Source: Macrostomum lignano (Eukaryota). From it: 64,000 bases of DNA. The stretch lies in assembly GCA_002269645.1 (NCBI GenBank), contig NIVC01000994.1:164828-228827 (forward strand). Reading direction: 5' to 3'. The notes beneath the pieces were generated by a model. It did not search any database. It was not told where the DNA came from and saw only the letters and a list, made by a program, of their open reading frames with translations. This document shows positions 28,238 through 40,991 of the stretch, piece by piece (within the stretch, counting starts at the first letter, position 1; every line of letters starts with the position of its first letter). The translations under genes and the position numbers were made by a program.

Positions 28238-28769
28238 ATGCTACGGGTTGCTTTTAGTATTTTGCTTTTGTTAAAATTCGAATATCAATGCGAATATCAA
28301 TGGGGAAACAAATGCGTGTCGATCGGATCGGACCTGTGCAGATAAATGGTTAAAACTGAAATTTAAATACTATAACGGGGTTATCATGTTTCTCTGAAAT
28401 ACCGTGATAAACAAAATTAAACATACAAACAAACAATAACTTTTAAAAATAAATTGCAACATATCACTATTGAAAATCTTCACAATGTAAGAAACTAAAT
28501 TTTACTTCTCATTCTTGAAACGTTTTTTGTCTGCCAGCAGATGAACAGACTCGCGCGATTTAAACCAACAGGACTAAAATTCTGAAATGTATTTTTATTT
28601 TAAATAACTGTAAAACCGAAAAATATTGCTTCGTAATATCTTCGTTGCGTGCTAGCCCGTTCACTGATTCATTCCTGGAATTTTTTATTATTTAAGCAAG
28701 CGCGTTGATACTAGACAGAATGGGAGAAAACTTAGATATTACTGACAGAAAGTCATGCTAAACGATATA

Positions 28770-29434
28770 CACTCAGCAACATAAGTGTCCACCCTTGCGC
28801 CAAGGGTCAATGGGCAGCACGATCGATGGTTTCGCCAATTGGTTTTGGGCCATAGACAAATGAGCAAAAAGGGCAGGAAAGTGTAAATACCGATATCTGG
28901 TGTCACAGACAAACAGGGAAAAGCGTTACAGTACAGGGTTTACTGGAGGCATCTGGCCGCAGGTGACAACGATAGTCCGCTAAATGACTGATTGGCGCAC
29001 TCTGTGTTGGCGGTCCAGATCACCGGATATGAACTCGATTGAGCACGTGTGGGATTTCCTGAAGCGCACGATTCGATACAACAATCTCTATCCCCCTACA
29101 TGTAGAACATGGTCCAGCTGTGCAATGCGCTTTCAGTCGCGTGGCAACAGCGTCCACAAGACTTTCTGCGGCGCCTTGTTCGGGAATGCCTCGCCGAGTG
29201 AGCGGTCTGTTGGGCTTGCTATAGCTCGTGGTTGCTATCTATACCTGTCACTGACTGTGCTTTAGACATGTACACAGCGTGGAAATGGGCATGGACTTGT
29301 TTCGCTGTTCATTCTTATTTAGCCTTATTTTGATTGTCTATGGCCCAAACATAGTTAAAAACCTTTCAATCCCTAATCGTCCAGCTAGTGTAGCCTTTTG
29401 TGCAGACGTGGACACATCTCAATGTTGCTAAGTG
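28770..29434 (+). mobile_element. Internally deleted Tc1/mariner element
   Basis: TA on both sides; imperfect TIRs CACT(C/T)AGCAACAT..GTGTCCAC; remnant SRSPDMNSIEHVWDFLKR (Tc1 SPDLNPIE motif) near 29010-29070. Confidence 0.8.
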
Positions 29435-30659
29435 TAGTGTAGGTCCCCGTTTATTTAAATAACGGATCTTTTCGGTTAACAAGCAAAGTAATTCAGATGA
29501 CAAATTATCTAGAAAATAATCTGTCACAATCTTGCACACTGCGAGGGGGATAATCTCTGCCATTAAATCACACGACCGATGTAAACAGAAGTGAAAGTTG
29601 GATGTACAAGCCACGTGCCACGTGATCACACGAAAATTATCCACATTTAAAGCATGGAACACTAGCAGTCCTTGAGTTGAAGTTTGAACAAGCCGTAAAA
29701 TAAACAATCTTATTCTGTCAAATGCTCAATGAGCCTTCTCACATTTTTTCGGGGTCTTGAAGAGAGGTCAGCGTCCTCTTGGCTGCTGGAAACAAATCCT
29801 GATTCTCTTGTTTTGCAAATGCTTTAGTTTGCAGTCAGACCCCTCAGCAATTTTTACGAACTACGAACCCATATAATTATGAGTACACACAAATACAGCA
29901 TTAAGTTCATAAGCAATTCTAGCTTTTTCGTTTGGCTATTTGATACGAGCGTATCTTATTTATCCAAGGCTTAACAGTTTGAACTATTACGTAAATAAAA
30001 AACGATGCAATTGATTTCTCAATCTTTTAATTATGGACACTTACTGCAAATTTGAAGAAGCCAAACTGTATCCTCATTTAGTAGCCGTAAAGTATATAAA
30101 AATTACATAATATAATTAAATATGACATTATTGGACTTACAATTCGAGCTTCGCGTGATATGGTTAAGTTTGATTAAACGGAGACCGGGATTTCACGCAT
30201 TGAGAGCGATAAGTGGAGATCCAATGATACCAGCACAATTAGACTAAAAACATATTTACAGTAGTTGTTTTGGTTTGACAAAAATGGTAAAAATGCACGT
30301 CGAAGTAAAAAAATTAAATAACCAAACAGAGATTTATCGGGAGTTACTATGATTAAATAGCAAAACAGTAAAGACTGACATGGAGGTTTTTCACATCCAA
30401 AAAACAATATCGAAATATTAAATAGGAGTAAAAAAGCTGCATTAGAAAATGAAACACAAACGCGATACAAATGTACGAGTAAAACAGTTTGGACAATAAG
30501 CGCGATTCGAAAACAATTGCTAATTTGTTTTGCTAAGCCAGTGCTGATACAGAAACAGACCAGGGTTTACTATTTATAATAGGCGGATCAGACAATTAAC
30601 AGTTTTGCTAGTCTATTCAATTGCAGTGCTACCAATGACGCATTGGCCAGTCGCGCCGC

Positions 30660-33600
30660 TTACTCGTCTTCCTCTTCTTCGCTCTCATCTTCGTCGTCAT
30701 CGTCGCCTTCGTCGGCGTTGCTAGCTGCGGCCTTGGCGCGCTTGCCAGGCGTGAAGTTGCCCTGCTTGTAGGCCTTCATCTCCTGCGGGTTTTTACAAGT
30801 TAAGAATATGTTATCTGAATATACTCAAATCTATAAATATTATAAATAAGTTTGTCTGTGTGTGTCTTGCAATTAAACTCCTAGACTACTGGCAAGTCAG
30901 CGTCGTAAGTTATATGGGAAAATTGTAAATTTTCCCGATCAGGCTTGTAGGCTATTTTGATCTTCATTGTCACATTTTTTGAATTTATTAGTCTTGGTTG
31001 ACGGAGATGATATTGATTGATAGTCGTTTACCAGGGGATTTTGATAGAATTCAGTTTCATGAAGAGCATTTGATGAAGCTCTATTTCACGGAGAGGATTT
31101 TGGTGGAGTCCTGTTTCACAGAGATGATTATGATGGAGTCCTGTTTCACAAAGAGTTATGTTTCACGGAGAGGCTTTTGATAGATATGTTTTACGAAGAG
31201 GATTAATCGATTTTGATGGATTTGGAGAGGACTTGGATGATGGGATTCGGGTTATGGTATTCAGCTGATGGAGTTCAGGGAATGGAATTCTGGCGATGGG
31301 AGTTCTTCCCTTTTCTCCTCCAAAGGAGTTCCACTTTATATAATATTGATCAAGGTACAAGATCCCCATTCTAAAAGTTATGATCCCCGACTCCCCTGAG
31401 CAGGCATGCAAGCGCACGAATGCGTAGGCTGTCATACGCACAGGCACACAATCAAAAAGGAGTGTACAGCGGCCCTAACATTGCTGTCAGTGCATTCACT
31501 TTCTACCCAGGGTACGGCAAACTCTGGCCCGCAAAGCCTCTCTATCCATTCTCTCTCCTTACTCCCTTCCTCTGGCCCGCAGTCATGCGCTAGGTTCTCT
31601 ATCTGGCCCTTGAGGTAAAAAGTTCTACATCACTGTTCTACATGTAGAGAAAATAAGACTAAAAACACTAGAACTAAATTAGATGTTAAATTGAATACTA
31701 AGATACGCCAGTAAGTGGGCGCAGGGCCCAAACAAGTATATTTATATGACTAATTTAGAGGGGGGTTGACTCCAGATAATAAGGAGAGGGGTGAAGTGCG
31801 CGACTGAAGAGAGAGGCGAGAATGGAGAACCAATCAGAAGGCAGCAAGGGAGAGAGAGAGATAAGAATAACAAGATTGAGCTAGACAGAGAGAGAGAAAA
31901 CGGAGTAAACAGAGACAAGTGAAGGTGAACTAAAGAAATGACTAGGAAAGTCGCGACACTCCCCCAAAAAATGGAACATTTTTTGAATTTTCGAGTACCA
32001 TTACCAATTGAAATTAATGAGTTAGAATTAGGTCGAATTAAATTGAAAAACACATTCACAATAAATGGTGTATAAAACGATTTGAAAAATACATAATGAC
32101 TAAGAATTTGAATACAAAAACAGTAGAGCGAATGCAAAATATTAAGACCGAATTTTAAACTTAGATTTTTATTGAGTAGTTTTTGAACCAATGAGAAGAC
32201 TGAAAAGACTAAATATATCCACCCTCCCCCTTAAAAATTAGCAATTTTTAATTGTAAATGGCTAGTACAGTTTAGAGAAAACATTAACATTGTCAGTTGA
32301 GTAAGAGAGCTGAGATGAGAGAGATGAGATGAGATGAGAATCAAGTTGATGAAAAGAACAACTGGAGACGACTAGAGACAACTGGAGACACTGACAAGAG
32401 AGGAGGGGACCGAGTGAAGAAGGTTTGACAAAGACCGGTGAGATTGACTGCCGACACCGACTCCGAAGACGTGACGACGGCCCGAGTTGAATTGTGAATA
32501 TGCCGCCGGCACCGACTCCGAAGACGAGACCGACAGCCCGAGTTGAAATGCGAATATGCTGCCGGCACCGACTCCGAAGACGAGACCGACAGCCCGAGTT
32601 GAAATGTGAATATGCTGCCGGCACCGACTCCGAAGACGAGACCGGCAACCAGAGATGAGACGATTGAGAGGCCGGCAGACGAGACGATTGAGAGGCCGGC
32701 AACCAGAGACGAGACGATTGAGAGGCCGGCAACCAGAGACGAGACGATTGAGGCCGGCAACCAGAGACGAGACGATTGAGAGGCCGGCAACGAGACGATT
32801 GAGAGGCCGGCAACGAGACGATTGAGAGGCCGGCAACGAGACGATTGAGAGGCCGGCAACCAGAGACGAGACGATTGAGAGGCCGGTAGACGAGACGATT
32901 GAGAAGCCGGCAAGCAGAGACGAGACGATTGAGGCCGGCAACCAGAGAGGAGACGATTGAGAGGCCGGCAACGAGACGATTGAGAGGCCGGCAAGCAGAG
33001 ACGAGACGATCAGGAGTCGATGACGGGATGACGAGATGACTGGTGTAGGGCTACGACAACGACGATGGCATGGCCTTTGCCAGCCTTACTGTATTGACTG
33101 AATTATTTTTCATTGGGCGCCATGTAGAGAAAATAAGACTAAAAACACTAGAACTAAATTAGATGTTAAATTGAATACTAAGATACGCCAGTAAGTGGGC
33201 GCAGGGCCCAAACAAGTATATTTATATGACTAATTTAGAGGGGGGTTGACTCCAGATAATAAGGAGAGGGGTGAAGTGCGCGACTGAAGAGAGAGGCGAG
33301 AATGGAGAACCAATCAGAAGGCAGCAAGGGAGAGAGAGAGATAAGAATAACAAGATTGAGCTAGACAGAGAGAGAGAAAACGGAGTAAACAGAGACAAGT
33401 GAAGGTGAACTAAAGAAATGACTAGGAAAGTCGCGACACTACATCAGCATTGTCGTACTACTCAGAGTTGATGTCGACATTTTTAAAAGTATAAAAATAT
33501 TATAACTTATGCAAGGAAGTGAATTAACCAAAGTAAACCTACCATCTCGTATCGCTGTCGGTCGCGGGCGACTTTCTCTTCGTACTTTTTCTTCGAAGTG

Positions 33601-34013
33601 CAGTTCTCCCAACGGCGTCCCATCTCTTTGGCGACATCGCCGACTCGCCAGGTTGGATTGGCGGCTTGCACCTTCGGGCGCTCATCTTGGCAGAATAAAA
33701 AGAAAGCGGATAGGGGCCGCTTCGGTTGGTTTGGATCCTTTTGCTTCTTGCGCTTGCGGCCTTTGCCTCCGTCGGCAGGCACGTACGACTTCATCTCGCG
33801 GTTAAAGCGTTCCTTGTCTCGAGCGGCCATGTCTTCAAATCGCTTTTTCTCCTTGGCGTTCATTGTCTTCCACTTCTCGGCGCACTTTTTAGAGAACTCG
33901 GTGAACACTACAGACTCGTTCGGGTGCTTCTTTTTGTGCTCTTCGCGAATAACTTGCACAAAGCAAGCATAGGCGGTCATGGCGCCTTTTGGTTTTGCAC
34001 TGTCTTTTACCAT
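30660..34013 (-). CDS. HMGB: High mobility group box protein B (two HMG boxes plus acidic tail), 197 aa
   Basis: Exon 33543-34013 ([19 protein letters not shown]...[15 protein letters not shown]...RYEM) is spliced in phase 0 to exon 30660-30782 (EMKAYKQG...[14 protein letters not shown]). A 5'UTR acceptor lies at 34037. Confidence 0.95.
31643..33438 (-). mobile_element. Non-coding LTR retroelement (TRIM/LARD-like) in the HMGB intron
   Basis: 316-bp TG...CA direct repeats at 31643-31958 and 33123-33438, 5-bp TSD CTACA, PBS TGGCGCCCAA after the 5' LTR, PPT GGGGGAG before the 3' LTR, interior with 56-bp and 23/34-bp tandem repeats and no recognisable gag/pol. Confidence 0.9.
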
Positions 34014-37000
34014 GCTAGAGCTGAGAGTGTCAGGTTCTGCAAAGTAAAGTTTCAGTAGTTCAATATAAGATATAAAAACAGTGGTTAGGGTTTGTGAGGC
34101 CCCTTTTCCTTTAAAAGTGAAAAATAGCAAAATAAGATTATTGCAAGTGAAAAAAGGGTAAGTCTCATTTTTGGTAAACACATGGCCAGTGTAAATCAGA
34201 GGGGTTGCGCATGTATCATCTGGCACCTTGGGTCCTTTAAAACTTTACAAAAGCAATCTGGTCCGCTAAAATTTTGGTGTCTTATGTCAGCTCTCTGCTC
34301 TCTAATATCCTCTAATCCCTTTTCTCTCATCTCCTCCCTTATTTCCTCACCTCACTTTTTCCTAGCTAATCTCCTTTCTCTATTCCCTCTTTTCTCTTTC
34401 AATCCTCTGGCCCATGGTCATGTGCGAGGTTCTTTATCTGGCCTATGAGGTATAAAAAGTTTGCCAACCCCTGGTCTAAAGTAAACCTAATACAATTGAG
34501 CAAACCTAATACAAAAAATAAAAATACAAGAGTGGGAAAGAGATATACTTTTAGGAATCAATATCAACACTAAAGACAAAGGGCCAAATAATTATAAGCA
34601 AAGGCATTTGTGAAAGCATCTTAGTCAATAAAGAAGAATTAGCAAGGAAAAAATCTGGGCAATTAAATACAAAGAAATTTGGGCCATCCCTAAAAATTGG
34701 CCATTTTAAGCCTGGCCCCAATTTAAGCCTCACCCTTACCACTGATTATAGAAGTAATGAGCACATGAAAAATTGATTAAAATCTCCTATAGAACTAGGA
34801 TTTCAATAGTGAAGCCCTGACCAACCTAGAAGATGAACACAATAATGCAATCTAGATTTTATTTTAAAAACATATATGCAAGACCCCTGAGACTTTCCAT
34901 ATCATAGATCACATCTTTCCCTATTAAGCCAAGAATAATACACTGCAAATATTTGCAGCTAAAACCATGGACAAAATCTAAATGATTTCATTAAGGAATT
35001 ACTAGATTTAGACTATTCCATTGAAGAGCAATTTGTTCTAAAGTCAAACAATACTATAGCCTAAAGACTCACAAAATATTTTATTTGTCTATCAATTTGC
35101 ACTATAGGGGGGGGGCCTTTGATGTACAATAAAATCACATATTGAATCAATGAGATCCTTGGTATACAGCTTCTTTGATGAATTTTATATTAAAAAACAA
35201 TTGCTTAATCTTATCTATTTTTTATAGATACAAGAATTAATGTAGCCAAGGGGGGATACAAGGAATTTGTTTCCCCTTGGAGATAGCCAGGAAGTGTAAA
35301 TTTTTTATTGCTTTGTATTTAGCTTATATCGCTAACATTGGATATAAATTAATGCATCTATACATGCGCAACAGTCGGCTGAGTCAGCCAACCAATTTGG
35401 TAGCCAGCAAGGTAAGTTGCAAAAATGCCTACCCAAGTAGTACTAAGTAGATAATGAGGCATTTTGCTTTAATAGGAAAGTCATAGTTACTCCTGCCATT
35501 TATTCAAAGTTGCATTAATTTTGCTTTAGGGTTTTTTATATGTAAGTTACATTTTTGGCCAAAAACTGTCACATTTTTTGTTAAAACTAAGTCACATGGC
35601 CAACCAAATTTTGGAGGGTGTGCATGTATGAATGTATGTCTTTTCCTTTGATATAAATCTTAGTTATATACTAAACTATATTATATAAAGTTGAATATCT
35701 AAATACACTACATTTATAGTTATATATACTAAACAATATTATATAAAGTTGAATATCTAAATACAATACATTTATCTATCTAAGTCTATTGGGGTCTTGC
35801 AGCTTGTATACTAATGATTTGTAATATTTACTAGGGATTAATTGACTGTGATTTTTTTGTGCATTATTGGAACTAGACAGTGTGTGAAACCATGTGTGAC
35901 CATGAATTTTTATAACATAAATTTTAATTTAAACATAGAACTATTAGTATTAATACTATGAAGTCTAATAATTTTTATCAACTTTAAGGTTTGTTTTGTT
36001 TTATCTACAAAATAATAATATAACTCTAATGAACATGGGCTTCTTTATGATAATTGCCACCAATGGGTATATCAAGTTAGCCTATAAAAGGTATGATTTA
36101 TATATACATATATGTTTCAAAGACATTTGTATTTTAGATATGCTCATATAGCAAAAATATTACTCAAGACATATAAGTAGCCTAGCTTTAGAAAGGAAAG
36201 ACTTTTGCTTAGAAGCCATACTCCTAATCATGTATTATACCCAAAAGTTTGGGTATGCATTGGCTTTGCATAATAAAAGTTAGGCATGCATAACTCATAA
36301 GAAAATAGTTTATATATAAGATTAGAAATAATAAGAAAAGAAAAGAAAATAAGAAAACAAGATTATATATATACCTGGTATATATTATATAGAATTATAT
36401 GGAAGAGTTAGTGTTAAATGGGAAAAAGATTGAAACTTTTATCTTTAAATGTAAATTTTTTGTTTTCTACTTTTTAAGCTCAAAAAACATTTAAACAAAT
36501 GTTTTGTGCTATTGATTTACTACTATAAATGATAGGTTAAAGGCAAAGAAAGATAAATAATTAATCAAATTAGCCAAAAAGCATCTTTTACATAATATAA
36601 TCTATAATCACAAAAAGTTCATTTACTCTAGCAAAGTAAAAAAGGTAATTTATTGTTGCAATACTAGCTTAGTCTTAGATTTGAGAGTATAGGCATACAT
36701 TCATAAATTGATTTTTTTGTATGCAAATTTATATTTCTTTAATTTTTGTTTAGGTATAGGCCTACACCCAGCATGATTTAGACTGTGGCATAGAAGTGTC
36801 ACATAGAAGCAAGTCAGATGATATCTAGCTAAATAATATTGGGGTAGGGTGATCTGCCACGTTGAATTGGTGAAATTGCAACCCGTTGTGCAAGTCTGTC
36901 ATGACCCCTTTTTGCGTCACTCAGTACACCACCCCTGGCCCCATCTATCACCCCATCTTTTGCCAAAGTAAAATTTTTGTTTTTTTTTTCCATTTGCGTT

Positions 37001-37750
37001 ATTAGTGTCATTCATTGCCCCATTGTTTGCCCTATCCTCTGCCTTACCCCCCTGCCTTGCAGCCCCATCTATTGCCCCATCCCTGTCTGGATGGCACAAT
37101 TTTTCCATTTATAAGGCCAATTCAGACTGCCAATTTGTCATGCTTTTCCATCTTTATTGTTTTAATTGTTTGGTTTGTTTCTTTGTTAGTTTGTTTGTTT
37201 ATCCTGCTTGCTTGTTTATCTTCTTAGTGTGTTTAATAGTTTGCCTTTGATTAAATTAGTTTAGTGTATTTGCCTTTTATTAGTTATTTGTCTAGCACCT
37301 GGCATTAGCCGCGATCATTCTTGTAAATAATAATAAAATATTTGTTTAACATTGCCTGCTTAATAAATAATAACTAATAAATTCAGTAATTAATCAAAGC
37401 CCTTAATAGTTTATCTTGAGTTATTTGCCCATGGGGCATTAAACAACCAAATTAATCCCAACTCTAAACAAGCTGAGATCTCAACATTCCATAATACGAA
37501 ATTACGGTGGTGGCAGCATTACTTTACTAACAGTAATCAGTTCAGCAACTTAGAAAACAGATTTACAGTGTCTAGACCTTTGAGTCTACAAACTGAATGA
37601 CTATGCCTATTCAAGACTACTTGACTACGATTACGACTACCCTTCCCCTGGACTTGAGAACCTGGCTGTCGGAGTAAAACAGGAGGAAATAATTTGTTGT
37701 GATTCATCTATGCAATTTCTGGCTTTATTTGTGCAAATGCAACGCCAATC

Positions 37751-38750
37751 GGTTTTGAAGAACGCCATGACTAGGGACACAGCGGCCATGCCTCTAACTC
37801 TATGCCACGGTGGCCGTGTCTTTAGCTGTGTGGACTCGTAGCATGGCCGCCGTGTCCCTAGCTCTGTGTATAGGGACACGGCGGCCGTGTTCCTAGTAAT
37901 CTACCACTTACATGCCTGGGGGCACGGCAGTTGTCTCTGAACAATGGGCTTTAAATGCAACATGATGCGCTAACATATATGTATATAAAGTAATTGCACG
38001 GTACTATATGTATTTTTGTAAGGTACTCTAGGCATGGTAGGTAAGAAGTTCAATTCTTAAATTATATTCCTGCAAACAGTCAATTTCAACAAAAATGCTC
38101 AAGATATGTACGCATCAAAAAGCAATAATAAATAGAACAAAAAACGAACAAGTTTGCGCGTTCCATGACACAGTATACTTGTGCGATATAGTAGTATAAT
38201 TTAAAAGGAGTTTTAGTATATTGGATTGACACAATAACAATATTTGACTGTCTTTATGGACACTACCGGCAATGTTTGAGCTACCTTACATACATGTATC
38301 AACATACATGCGCAACCTTGGGAATCACCCGGCCGTTTCTATTGGCAACACACACATGTAAGTCGCTATTGGCTGAGAGCAGTCACGTGACTACTATTCT
38401 GTCCAATAGCGAATTACGTGTGTGTGTTGCCAATAGAAACGGCCGGGTGAATCCCTAGGTTGCGCCCAAGCATGTGTATCAAATCATGTTGCATTTAAAG
38501 CCATTGTTCAGAGACAACCGTCATGCCCCCAGGCATGTGAGTGGTAGATTACTAGGAACACGGCCGCCGTGTCCCTATACACAGAGCTAAGGACACGGCG
38601 GCTGTGCCACAAGTCCACACAGCTAAAGACACGGCCGCCGTGGCTCTAGGCATAGAGTAGCGTGGTAGCTAGGGACACAGCGGCTGTGTCCTTAGACATA
38701 CAGTTAGAGGCACGGCCACCATGTCTCTAGTCATGGTGTTTGAAAAAACC
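37751..38750. repeat. Nested inverted repeats: outer arms 37751-37966 and 38483-38750, inner palindrome 38310-38465
   Basis: Outer arms are reverse complements with GGACACGGCGGCCGTGT-like subrepeats. The inner 156-bp palindrome is centred on AGTCACGTGACT. Confidence 0.85.
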
Positions 38751-39058
38751 CCAAAGAAAAAACCAAATTTCCAAAGTGACCAAAAAATTTATTCAACTTC
38801 CTTTGCCCCACTTCAATATCAAGCTAACTAGCTAAGTAACATGCATTATAGGCCCTAATTAAAATAGATTATACATATAGGCAATTTCAACTGACTAGGC
38901 CCTAGGCCTAGGCAGTAAAGGACTTACAAAAGCTTAATGTCCTTACTTTTTTTGCCTAGCCATGCTATGTAATACACATATAGCCCCCTTATAGTAATTT
39001 GGTTATTTGGTATATAATAGATAGGCCTAAGACTTTTGAAGTTATAAAAATGGCAGTG

Positions 39059-39771
39059 CTTATCCCCATGGTACCGTAGGAATAATTTCTGTCTTATTCC
39101 AACGGTACTGTGCGAATAATTTTCTGCTTATCCGCATGGCACACTGAGGAGATAGCTGCCCTATCTTCTACATATGCCGTGCAAATAATTTTTTGCTTAT
39201 CCACATGGCACACTGACGAGATAGCTGCCTTATCTTCTACACATGCCGTGTGGGAAGTTTAGTATATACAATTTGAGTGCAGTATAATAACTTTGTTGAA
39301 TTATTATTGAATAAGTATACAGAAGGGTATCAGTAAAGCAGAATAATACATATTTACACATGCATATACTAGTCTAGAACTGATTCGAGTTTATACATCA
39401 AGATCAACAGCTTTTTAGTATCCTCAGTTCAAATTCCCTTTCAATAAGCTATAAACTATTCATGCACAGCATATATATATAGCAGATAGGGCAGCTAGTA
39501 AAATAGAGGGAATAAAACAGAAGACGTGTAGGGCAGCTATCTCGTCAGTGTGCCATGCGGATAAGCAGAAAATTATTTGCATGGCATATATAGAAGATAG
39601 GGCAGCTATCTCCTCAGTGTGCCGTGTGGATAAGCAGAAAATTATTCGCACAGCATATGTAGAAGATAGGGCAGCTATCTCCTCAGTGTGCCATGCGGAT
39701 AAGCAGAAAATTATTCGCACGGTACTGTTAGAATAAGATAGAAATTATTCTTACGGTACTGTGGGGATAAG
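39059..39771. mobile_element. Small foldback/MITE with 69-bp subterminal repeats
   Basis: Inverted ends CTTATCCCC...GTACCGTA; 69-bp units (2 left, 3 right; period checked at 39559/39628/39697); TSD not identified. Confidence 0.75.
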
Positions 39772-40542
39772 GTTTTACCTATAAAAATATCATACTATGA
39801 CATATATCATGACAAAGCCATTTAGCTAGACTAGGGACTAGGCCTATCTGATTTGAAGTCTCTATATTAGCATCTATAGATGGAATTCCTAGATAAACAA
39901 CAAGGTCAAAGCCAAAAGATTAATATAAATCAATAGGCCTAATAGGCCCTAGAGGCCTAATTAAGCTCAATCAATGAACTAGGCCCAAGGCTTATTAATT
40001 TTAAATTTTTAATCAACCTTACATTAACATGGCGTTAACATTAGGCTAGATTGGATTTGATTTTGAAGCTTTGATAAAATTCTTAGGGGTCGTACTATAA
40101 AGCTGTCATAGCGTAAGTTTGGTCATATGTCGGAACTTTTACACTGCAGAGATGGGAGCTAAGAACGATCTTATCTTACGATGGCTTTATAGAATGGGCC
40201 CTTAGTCTTTTTTCAGCAGGTTAGTCATATACTTTAAAAATCAGGAAGCAACTTCTTTATTTAGGTAAATTAGGTAAAAATTTGACTAGGCCTAATTATA
40301 CATAAATTTAAATAAAATTTTATAATGACAAAATGATTGATTGAAGTAGGAGAGAAATGGAAATATTTATAGGGGCCTAAGCCAATAAAGATGATCGCAG
40401 GTTGACTTAAATAGGCCTAGCATCAGACGTAACATAGACGACGTTGATATGTTACGTCAAAGCGAATTACTAAGCTAACTAGCAAATGGAAATGGGGTCT
40501 ATATATTATACAATAAGAATATGAGTATGAGTGATGCCATAC

Positions 40543-40710
40543 CTCAAACTCAGTAAAGCTTCGTCGATTTTTACTCTATAAGCAGTGTTTCTTGATTGGA
40601 GTAAGGAGTAGAGTTTCACCTGATCAAAACGCCAAAAAGAAATGAGCAGAACAGAATGAAACGCTTATTTGACAATATAATATCACGTGATAAGCTTTCC
40701 AGCCAATAAA
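40543..40710 (-). promoter_or_regulatory. Candidate HMGB non-coding first exon and promoter
   Basis: Donor GAG|GTATGG at 40543/40542; E-box TCACGTGA (about 40682) and CCAAT (about 40703) just upstream on the minus strand. Linkage to HMGB is inferred. Confidence 0.35.
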
Positions 40711-40991
40711 AGTTGAGCAGTCTCAATTTAACAAATAAACATATTTATTTATATATTCTAAAACAGTTTAGATTCAACAATAAAACTTTTACTAATAGAT
40801 AGATGGTATAAGTTCGCCTATTTTAATGTAAACAGGCTAAACAGCTTTTGTGATGTTTAAGTAGTGTGTATTTTTAATTTCAGAAATTTGGTAAAGTGGC
40901 CCTCGCTTGGTCCAAGTAAAATAAAGAGAAATTTATTCTTTATTTCAGAAATTTATTTTAGACGTGTACGATGTACACTAGTGAATACAAA

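Larger units (their letters stand above)
22991..28317. mobile_element. Foldback-type (Mutator/FB-like) element with 177-bp subterminal arrays and RTE cargo
   Basis: Perfect inverted termini starting ACGCATTTGTTTCCCCATTG (about 80 bp unique), 9-bp TSD GTCGATCGG at 22982-22990 and 28318-28326, arrays in opposite orientation inside each end. Confidence 0.9.

Noticed and set aside
34197-34473. hAT MITE (and a related fragment at about 31508-31635)
   Set aside because: Ends and TSD are too degenerate (6 of 8 match) to support a call.
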